DNA of 64,000 bases from the human T2T-CHM13v2.0 reference genome, Homo sapiens. The notes beneath the pieces are model-generated. The model saw only the letters and a list, made by a program, of their open reading frames with translations. It did no database searches and was not told where the DNA came from. Location: assembly GCF_009914755.1 (NCBI RefSeq), contig NC_060948.1; one strand, 5' to 3'. The position numbers were made by a program, and so were the translations under genes. The first letter of the stretch is position 1; each line of letters opens with the position of its first letter. Shown piece after piece: positions 1 to 10,751 of the stretch.

Positions 1-91
1 TCGAATGGAATGGAATGGAATGCAATGGAATGGAATGTATTAGAATGTAATGAACTTTAATGGAATGTACTCGAATGGATTCGACTGGAAT

Positions 92-106
92 GGAATGTTC
101 TCGAAG
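92..106. promoter_or_regulatory. Perfect heat-shock element motif nGAAnnTTCnnGAAn (site 1, repeated in every unit)
   Basis: GGAAT-GTTCT-CGAAG. Motif match only; function not shown. Confidence 0.4.
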
Positions 107-361
107 TGAATGGACTCCAATGGAATGGATTCGAAAGGAATGGAATCTAATGGAATGGAATTAAATGGAAATGAATCAAATTGAATAGAACGGAATTGAA
201 TTGAATGGAATCGAATGCAATGGAATCTAATGAAACGGAAAGGAAAGGAATGGAATGGATTGGAATGGAATGGGCTGGAATGGAATGGAATCGAAACGAA
301 TGGAATGGAATCGAACTGAAGAGACTGGAATGGAATGCACTGGAATGGAAGGGAATGTAAT

Positions 362-376
362 GGAAGGTTCTCGAAA
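362..376. promoter_or_regulatory. Perfect heat-shock element motif (site 2, in nearly every unit)
   Basis: GGAAG-GTTCT-CGAAA. Motif match only. Confidence 0.4.
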
Positions 377-1407
377 AAAATGGAATCGAAAGGAAAGGAA
401 CTGAATGGAACGGAATAGAGTCGAATGGAATTCAATGGAATGGAATGGACTAGAGTGAAATGGAATCGAACCACAAGGAATGGACAGGAATAGAATGGTC
501 TCGAATTGAATGGAATCGTATGGAATGGCATCACACGGAATGGAATGGACAGCCACGGAATGGAATGGACACCCACGGAATGGAATGCACTCGAATGCAA
601 TGGAGTCGACACTAATGGACTGGAATAGAATGGACTCGACTGGTACGGACTCCAATGGAATGGAATCGAATGGAAGGGAATCGAACGGAATGGACTCGAA
701 GGGAAAAGGCTGCAATGGAAAGGTCTCCAATGGAATGGAAATTAATGGAATGGAATGGAATCGAATGAAATGGAGTCAAAAGGAATGGAATCGAATGGCA
801 AGAAATCGAATGTAATGGAATCGCAAGGAATTGATGTGAACGGAACGGAATGGAATGGAATCCAAAGGAATGGAATAGAATGGAATGGAATCGAATGGAA
901 AGGACTCGAATGGAAATCACTCGAATAGAATGCAATTTAATAAAATAGGATCAAATGTAATGGAATGGAATGGAAAGGAATCGAAACGAAAGGAATGGAG
1001 ACAGATGGAATGGAATGGAACAGAGAGCAATGGTATAGAATGGAATGGAATCATCTGGAATGGAAGTGAATGGAATGGAATAATATGAAACGGAATGGAA
1101 TTTAATGGAATGGAATGCCCTTGTATTAAATGGACTGGAATGGAATGGACTCGAACAGAGTGGAATGGAAAGTGTTGAAATAGAATGGAATGGACTCGTT
1201 TGGAATGGTCTAGTATGCAATGCAATCGACTGGCAGGGAATCAAAAGGAATGTAATCGAATGGATTGGACTGGAATGCAATGGACTCGAATAGATTGGAA
1301 ACGGAAAGCAAAGGAATGGAATGGAATAGTATGGAATGGAATGGAAAGGAATGGAGAGGAATAGACTAGAGTGGAATGGAATGGACTCGAAAGCAATGGA
1401 CTGGAAT

Positions 1408-1422
1408 GGAACTTTCTTGAAT
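1408..1422. promoter_or_regulatory. Perfect heat-shock element motif (site 3, in most units)
   Basis: GGAAC-TTTCT-TGAAT. Motif match only. Confidence 0.35.
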
Positions 1423-2885
1423 GGACTGGAATCAAACGGAATGGAATGCAATGCAATCAAATGGCATGGAATAAAATAGAATGAAAGAGAATCAAATGGA
1501 ATTGAATCGAATGGAATCGAATGGATTGGAAAGGAATAGAATGGAATGGAATGGAATTGACTCAAATGGAATGGACTAGAATGGAATGGATTCGAATGGA
1601 AGGCAAAGGAATGGAATCTATTGGAATGGACTGTAATGGAATGGAATGGAAGGGATTGGAATGGACTCGAATGGAATGGACTGCAATAGAAAGGATTCGA
1701 ATGGAATGAAAAAGAATTGAATGGAATAGAACAGAATGGAATCAAATCGAATGAAATGGAATGGAATAGAAAGGAATGGAATGAAATGGAATGGAAAGGA
1801 TTTGAATGGAATGCAATCGAATGGAATGAAATCGAATGGAATGGAATCGAACGGAATGGAATAAAATGGAAGAAAACTGGCAAGAAATGGAGTCGAAATG
1901 AATGGAGTGTTATGGAACGGACTCAAAAGGAATTGAATGTAATAGAATGGAGTGGAGTGGACTCGAATATAATGGACTGGAATGGAATGAAATCACATGG
2001 AATGGGAACGAATGGAATGGAATGGAAAGGAATGGAATCGAATGGAAAGGAATCGAATGGAAGGGAATGAAATTGAATCAACAGGAATGGAAGGGAGTAG
2101 AATAGACGGTAATGGAATGGACTCGAATAGAATGGACACGAATGCTCAAATTGAATGGACTCGAATGGAATGGAAACGAAAGGAATGTCATCGAATGGAA
2201 TTGAATCGATTGGAATGAAATCACATAGAATGGAGTGGAATCAAATGGAATTGAATCGAAAGGAAAGGAAGCGAATGGACTGAAATGAAATGGAATGGAA
2301 TTGAATGGAAATTAATGCAATGGAATAGAATGGAACGAAATTTCACGGAATGGAATCAAACTGAATGGAATCAAATCAATGGAATATAATCAAATGGAAT
2401 GGAAAGGAATTGAATGGAGTAGATTGGATTGGATGGGATTGGAATGAAATGTACTGGAAAGGACTCGAATTTCATGAAACGGAATGGAATGAATTAGAAC
2501 GGAATGGACTCGAATGGAATGGAATGTCATGGAATGGCATCAAATGGAATGGAATCGAATGCGATGGAATGCTATGGAATGGAATGGAATGCATTGGAAT
2601 GGAATGTCCTCTAATGGAATGTATTCGAGTGGAATGGAATCGAATATAATGGAGTCTAATGAAATGGAATTGAAAGGAATGGGACCGAATACAATGGAAT
2701 ATACTGGAATGTAATGTAATGAACTCGAATGTAATTGACTGGAATGGAATGTACATGAATGGAATGTAATCGAATGGAAAGCAATCCAATGGAATAGAAT
2801 CTAATGCAATAAAACCGACTGAGATAGAGTAGAATGTAATGGAATGGAGTGCAGTGCAATGGAAGGGAATGGAATTGAATGCAAT

Positions 2886-2930
2886 GGAATGGAATGGAAT
2901 GGAATGGAATGGAATGGAATGGAATGGAAT
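2886..2930 (+). repeat. Pure (GGAAT)9 run; length-variable locus within each unit
   Basis: Lies between GCAAT and GGGAT; copy number differs between units. Confidence 0.9.
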
Positions 2931-3618
2931 GGGATGGAATGGTATGGAATGGATAGTAATGGACTGGAGTGAAATGGACTGGAAAAGATTGGACTCAAAT
3001 TGAAAGGGCTCGAAAGGAATGGAGTCAAATGGAATGGTCTGGAATGGAATGAACATGAATGTAATGCAATCCAATAGAATGGAATCGAATGGCATGGAAT
3101 ATAAAGAAATGGAATCGAAGAGAATGGAAACAAATGGAATGGAATTGAATGGAATGGAATTGAATGGAATGGGAACGAATGGAGTGAAATTGTATGCAGT
3201 AGAAGAGAATAGAATGGAATGCAAGCGAAAGGAAAGGAATGGATTGGAATGGAATGGAATTCATTGGAATGGAAGGGAATGTAGTGTAATTGACAGGCCT
3301 GGAATAAAGTGGAATGCTACGGTCTCGAATGGAATAAAAATGTATGGAATGGAATGCAATGAAACGGAATCGAATGTCATAGAATGTAATGGAATGCAAA
3401 AAAATGGACTCCAAAATCATTGACTGGAAAGGCTGGGTGTCGAAAGGAATTGACTCCAATGGAATGGAATCGAATGGAATGGAAGTGAATAGAATCGAAC
3501 TAAATCGAATGGAATGGAATTGATAGGAACGGAATGGAAAGGAATGCAATGATTTGGCATGGAATGGAATCGAATGGCATCGAATGGAATGGAATGGAAT
3601 GCAATGGAATGGAATGTA

Positions 3619-6600
3619 TTAGAATGTAATGAACTTTAATGGAATGTACTCGAATGGATTCGACTGGAATGGAATGTTCTCGAAGTGAATGGACTCCAAT
3701 GGAATGGATTCGAAAGGAATGGAATCTAATGGAATGGAATTAAATGGAAATGAATCAAATTGAATAGAACGGAATTGAATTGAATGGAATCGAATGCAAT
3801 GGAATCTAATGAAACGGAAAGGAAAGGAATGGAATGGATTGGAATGGAATGGGCTGGAATGGAATGGAATCGAAACGAATGGAATGGAATCGAACTGAAG
3901 AGACTGGAATGGAATGCACTGGAATGGAAGGGAATGTAATGGAAGGTTCTCGAAAAAAATGGAATCGAAAGGAATGGAAATGAATGGAACGGAATAGAGT
4001 CGAATGGAATTCAATGGAATGGAATGGACTAGAGTGAAATGGAATCGAACCACAAGGAATGGACAGGAATAGAATGGTCTCGAATTGAATGGAATCGTAT
4101 GGAATGGCATCAAACGGAATGGAATGGACAGCCACGGAATGGAATGGACACCCACGGAATGGAATGCACTCGAATGCAATGGAGTCGACACTAATGGACT
4201 GGAATAGAATGGACTCGACTGGTACGGACTCCAATGGAATGGAATCGAATGGAAGGGAATCGAACGGAATGGACTCGAAGGGAAAAGACTGCAATGGAAA
4301 GGTCTCCAATGGAATGGAAATTAATGGAATGGAATGGAATCGAATGAAATGGAGTCAAAAGGAATGGAATCGAATGGCAAGAAATCGAATGTAATGGAAT
4401 TGCAAGGAATTGATGTGAACGGAACGGAATCGAATGGAATCCAAAGGAATGGAATAGAATGGAATGGAATCGAATGGAAAGGACTCGAATGGAAATCACT
4501 CGAATAGAATGCAATTTAATAAAATAGGATCAAATGTAATGGAATGGAATGGAAAGGAATCGAAACGAAAGGAATGGAGACAGATGGAATGGAATGGAAC
4601 AGAGAGCAATGGTATAGAATGGAATGGAATCATCTGGAATGGAATTGAATGGAATGGAATAATATGAAATGGAATGGAATGGAATGGAATGCCCTTGAAT
4701 TAAATGGACTGGAATGGAATGGACTCGAACAGAGTGGAATGGAAAGTGTTGAAATAGAATGGAATGGACTCGTTTGGAATGGTCTAGTATGCAATGCAAT
4801 CGACTGGCAGGGAATCAAAAGGAATGTAATCGAATGGATTGGACTGGAATGCAATGGACTCGAATAGATTGGAAACGGAAAGCAAAGGAATGGAATGGAA
4901 TAGTATGGAATGGAATGGAAAGGAATGGAGAGGAATAGACTAGAGTGGAATGGAATGGACTCGAAAGCAATGGACTGGAATGGAACTTTCTTGAATGGAC
5001 TGGAATCAAACGGAATGGAATGCAATGCAATCAAATGGCATGGAATAAAATAGAATGAAAGAGAATCAAATGGAATTGAATCGAATGGAATCGAATGGAT
5101 TGGAAAGGAATAGAATGGAATGGAATGGAATTGACTCAAATGGAATGGACTAGAATGGAATGGATTCGAATGGAAGGCAAAGGAATGGAATCTATTGGAA
5201 TGGACTGTAATGGAATGGAATGGAAGGGATTGGAATGGACTCGAATGGAATGGACTGCAATAGAAAGGATTCGAATGGAATGAAAAAGAATTGAATGGAA
5301 TAGAACAGAATGGAATCAAATCGAATGAAATGGAATGGAATAGAAAGGAATGGAATGAAATGGAATGGAAAGGATTTGAATGGAATGCAATCGAATGGAA
5401 TGAAATCGAATGGAATGGAATCGAACGGAATGGAATAAAATGGAAGAAAACTGGCAAGAAATGGAGTCGAAATGAATGGAGTGTTATGGAACGGACTCAA
5501 AAGGAATTGAATGTAATAGAATGGAGTGGAGTGGACTCGAATATAATGGACTGGAATGGAATGAAATCACATGGAATGGGAACGAATGGAATGGAATGGA
5601 AAGGAATGGAATCGAATGGAAAGGAATCGAATGGAAGGGAATGAAATTGAATCAACAGGAATGGAAGGGAGTAGAATAGACGGTAATGGAATGGACTCGA
5701 ATAGAATGGACACGAATGCTCAAATTGAATGGACTCGAATGGAATGGAAACGAAAGGAATGTCATCGAATGGAATTGAATCGATTGGAATGAAATCACAT
5801 AGAATGGAGTGGAATCAAATGGAATTGAATCGAAAGGAAAGGAAGCGAATGGACTGAAATGAAATGGAATGGAATTGAATGGAAATTAATGCAATGGAAT
5901 AGAATGGAACGAAATTTCACGGAATGGAATCAAACTGAATGGAATCAAATCAATGGAATATAATCAAATGGAATGGAAAGGAATTGAATGGAGTAGATTG
6001 GATTGGATGGGATTGGAATGAAATGTACTGGAAAGGACTCGAATTTCATGAAACGGAATGGAATGAATTAGAACGGAATGGACTCGAATGGAATGGAATG
6101 TCATGGAATGGCATCAAATGGAATGGAATCGAATGCGATGGAATGCTATGGAATGGAATGGAATGCATTGGAATGGAATGTCCTCTAATGGAATGTATTC
6201 GAGTGGAATGGAATCGAATATAATGGAGTCTAATGAAATGGAATTGAAAGGAATGGGACCGAATACAATGGAATATACTGGAATGTAATGTAATGAACTC
6301 GAATGTAATTGACTGGAATGGAATGTACATGAATGGAATGTAATCGAATGGAAAGCAATCCAATGGAATAGAATCTAATGCAATAAAACCGACTGAGATA
6401 GAGTAGAATGTAATGGAATGGAGTGCAGTGCAATGGAAGGGAATGGAATTGAATGCAATGGAATGGAATGGAATGGAATGGAATGGAATGGAATGGAATG
6501 GAATGGAATGGGATGGAATGGTATGGAATGGATAGTAATGGACTGGAGTGAAATGGACTGGAAAAGAATGGACTCAAATTGAAAGGGCTCGAAAGGAATG

Positions 6601-7197
6601 GAGTCAAATGGAATGGTCTGGAATGGAATGAACATGAATGTAATGCAATCCAATAGAATGGAATCGAATGGCATGGAATATAAAGAAATGGAATCGAAGA
6701 GAATGGAAACAAATGGAATGGAATTGAATGGAATGGAATTGAATGGAATGGGAACGAATGGAGTGAAATTGTATGCAGTAGAAGAGAATAGAATGGAATG
6801 CAAGCGAAAGGAAAGGAATGGATTGGAATGGAATGGAATTCATTGGAATGGAAGGGAATGTAGTGTAATTGACAGGCCTGGAATAAAGTGGAATGCTACG
6901 GTCTCGAATGGAATAAAAATGTATGGAATGGAATGCAATGAAACGGAATCGAATGTCATAGAATGTAATGGAATGCAAAAAAATGGACTCCAAAATCATT
7001 GACTGGAAAGGCTGGGTGTCGAAAGGAATTGACTCCAATGGAATGGAATCGAATGGAATGGAAGTGAATAGAATCGAACTAAATCGAATGGAATGGAATT
7101 GATAGGAACGGAATGGAAAGGAATGCAATGATTTGGCATGGAATGGAATCGAATGGCATCGAATGGAATGGAATGGAATGCAATGGAATGGAATGTA
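3619..7197 (+). repeat. DYZ1 unit 2 (3579 bp, subtype A)
   Basis: Landmark to landmark. Shares AAAACCGACTGAG and TAATTGACAGG with unit 1. Confidence 0.9.
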
Positions 7198-10100
7198 TTA
7201 GAATGTAATGAACTTTAATGGAATGTACTCGAATGGATTCGACTGGAATGGAATGTTCTCGAAGTGAATGGACTCCAATGGAATGGATTCGAAAGGAATG
7301 GAATCTAATGGAATGGAATTAAATGGAAATGAATCAAATTGAATAGAACGGAATTGAATTGAATGGAATCGAATGCAATGGAATCTAATGAAACGGAAAG
7401 GAAAGGAATGGAATGGATTGGAATGGAATGGGCTGGAATGGAATGGAATCGAAACGAATGGAATGGAATCGAACTGAAGAGACTGGAATGGAATGCACTG
7501 GAATGGAAGGGAATGTAATGGAAGGTTCTCGAAAAAAATGGAATCGAAAGGAATGGAAATGAATGGAACGGAATAGAGTCGAATGGAATTCAATGGAATG
7601 GAATGGACTAGAGTGAAATGGAATCGAACCACAAGGAATGGACAGGAATAGAATGGTCTCGAATTGAATGGAATCGTATGGAATGGCATCAAACGGAATG
7701 GAATGGACAGCCACGGAATGGAATGGACACCCACGGAATGGAATGCACTCGAATGCAATGGAGTCGACACTAATGGACTGGAATAGAATGGACTCGACTG
7801 GTACGGACTCCAATGGAATGGAATCGAATGGAAGGGAATCGAACGGAATGGACTCGAAGGGAAAAGACTGCAATGGAAAGGTCTCCAATGGAATGGAAAT
7901 TAATGGAATGGAATGGAATCGAATGAAATGGAGTCAAAAGGAATGGAATCGAATGGCAAGAAATCGAATGTAATGGAATTGCAAGGAATTGATGTGAACG
8001 GAACGGAATCGAATGGAATCCAAAGGAATGGAATAGAATGGAATGGAATCGAATGGAAAGGACTCGAATGGAAATCACTCGAATAGAATGCAATTTAATA
8101 AAATAGGATCAAATGTAATGGAATGGAATGGAAAGGAATCGAAACGAAAGGAATGGAGACAGATGGAATGGAATGGAACAGAGAGCAATGGTATAGAATG
8201 GAATGGAATCATCTGGAATGGAATTGAATGGAATGGAATAATATGAAATGGAATGGAATGGAATGGAATGCCCTTGAATTAAATGGACTGGAATGGAATG
8301 GACTCGAACAGAGTGGAATGGAAAGTGTTGAAATAGAATGGAATGGACTCGTTTGGAATGGTCTAGTATGCAATGCAATCGACTGGCAGGGAATCAAAAG
8401 GAATGTAATCGAATGGATTGGACTGGAATGCAATGGACTCGAATAGATTGGAAACGGAAAGCAAAGGAATGGAATGGAATAGTATGGAATGGAATGGAAA
8501 GGAATGGAGAGGAATAGACTAGAGTGGAATGGAATGGACTCGAAAGCAATGGGCTGAAATGGAACTTTCTTGAATGGACTGGAATCAAACGGAATGGAAT
8601 GCAATGCAATCAAATGGCATGGAATAAAATAGAATGAAAGAGAATCAAATGGAATTGAATCGAATGGAATCGAATGGATTGGAAAGGAATAGAATGGAAT
8701 GGAATGGAATTGACTCAAATGGAATGGACTAGAATGGAATGGATTCGAATGGAAGGCAAAGGAATGGAATCTATTGGAATGGACTGTAATGGAATGGAAT
8801 GGAAAGGATTGGAATGGACTCGAATGGAATGGACTGCAATAGAAAGGATTCGAATGGAATGAAAATGAATTGAATGGAATAGAACAGAATGGAATCAAAT
8901 CGAATGAAATGGAATGGAATAGAAAGGAATGGAATGAAATGGAATGGAAAGGATTCGAATGGAATGCAATCGAATGGAATGCAATCAAATGGAATGGAAT
9001 CGAACGGAATGGAATAAAATGGAAGAAAACTGGCAAGAAATGGAGTCGAAATGAATGGAGTGTTATGGAACCGACTCAAAAGGAATTGAATGTAATAGAA
9101 TGGAGTGGAGTGGACTCGAATATAATGGACTGGAATGGAATGAAATCACATGGAATGGGAACGAATGGAATGGAATGGAAAGGAATGGAATCGAATGGAA
9201 AGGAATCGAATGGAAGGGAATGAAATTGAATCAACAGGAATGGAAGGGAGTAGAATAGACGGTAATGGAATGGACTCGAATAGAATGGACACGAATGCTC
9301 AAATTGAATGGACTCGAATGGAATGGAAACGAAAGGAATGTCATCGAATGGAATTGAATCGATTGGAATGAAATCACATAGAATGGAGTGGAATCAAATG
9401 GAATTGAATCGAAAGGAAAGGAAGCGAATGGACTGAAATGAAATGGAATGGAATTGAATGGAAATTAATGCAATGGAATAGAATGGAACGAAATTTCACG
9501 GAATGGAATCAAACTGAATGGAATCAAATCAATGGAATATAATCAAATGGAATGGAAAGGAATTGAATGGAGTAGATTGGATTGGATGGGATTGGAATGA
9601 AATGTACTGGAAAGGACTCGAATTTCATGAAACGGAATGGAATGAATTAGAACGGAATGGACTCGAATGGAATGGAATGTCATGGAATGGCATCAAATGG
9701 AATGGAATCGAATGCGATGGAATGCTATGGAATGGAATGGAATGCATTGGAATGGAATGTCCTCTAATGGAATGTATTCGAGTGGAATGGAATCGAATAT
9801 AATGGAGTCTAATGAAAGGGAATTGAAAGGAATGGGACCGAATACAATGGAATATACTGGAATGTAATGTAATGAACTCGAATGTAATTGACTGGAATGG
9901 AATGTACATGAATGGAATGTAATCGAATGGAAAGCAATCCAATGGAATAGAATCTAATGCAATAAAATCGACTCAAATAGAGTAGAATGTAATGGAATGG
10001 AGTGCAGTGCAATGGAATGGAATGGAATGGAATGCAATGGAATGGAATGGAATGGAATGGAATGGGATGGAATGGTATGGAATGGATAGTAATGGACTGG

Positions 10101-10751
10101 AGTGAAATGGACTGGAAAAGAATGGACTCAAATTGAAAGGGCTCGAAAGGAATGGAGTCAAATGGAATGGTCTGGAATGGAATGAACACGAATGTAATGC
10201 AATCCAATAGAATGGAATCGAATGGCATGGAATATAAAGAAATGGAATCGAAGAGAATGGAAACAAATGGAATGGAATTGAATGGAATGGAATTGAATGG
10301 AATGGGAACGAATGGAGTGAAATTTTATGCAGTAGAAGAGAATAGAATGGAATGCAAGCGAAAGGAAAGGAATGGATTGGAATGGAAAGGAATTCATTGG
10401 AATGGAAGGGAATGTAGTGTAATGGACAGGCCTGGAATAAAGTGGAATGCTACGGTCTCGAATGGAATAAAAATGTATGGAATGGAATGCAATGAAACGG
10501 AATCGAATGTCATAGAATGTAATGGAATGCAAAAAAATGGACTCCAAAATCATTGACTGGAAAGGCTGGGTGTCGAAAGGAATTGACTCCAATGGAATGG
10601 AATCGAATGGAATGGAAGTGAATAGAATCGAACTAAATCGAATGGAATGGAATTGATAGGAACGGAATGGAAAGGAATGCAATGATTTGGCATGGAATGG
10701 AATCGAATGGCATCGAATGGAATGGAATGGAATGCAATGGAATGGAATGTA
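7198..10751 (+). repeat. DYZ1 unit 3 (3554 bp, subtype A)
   Basis: Landmark to landmark; A markers present. Confidence 0.9.

Larger units (their letters stand above)
40..3618 (+). repeat. DYZ1 unit 1 (3579 bp, subtype A)
   Basis: Landmark to landmark. Has the 20-bp GGACAGCCAC/GGACACCCAC duplication (537-576), SalI site (605) and a second EcoRI site (428). Confidence 0.9.

Noticed and set aside
2470-2479. 10-bp palindrome TTTCATGAAA in each unit
   Set aside because: Too short for a stable structure and only a two-pentamer partial HSE; it is altered in unit 18.
939-3338. About six AATAAA hexamers per unit on the plus strand
   Set aside because: They arise trivially from xxAAT followed by an AAA-starting pentamer; no clear downstream GU-rich element and no transcript evidence.
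3019-3423. 134-aa plus-strand ORF recurring in most units
   Set aside because: Recurrence reflects unit homogeneity. It is truncated in units 7 and 13 and is the same low-complexity pentamer translation.
40-3618. Possible internal dimer of two ~1.8-kb halves within the unit
   Set aside because: Distinctive landmarks (GGCC, GGCTGGGTGTC, CCACAAGG, GGCAGGG) occur once per unit. I could not see half-unit similarity by eye; a dot plot would be needed.
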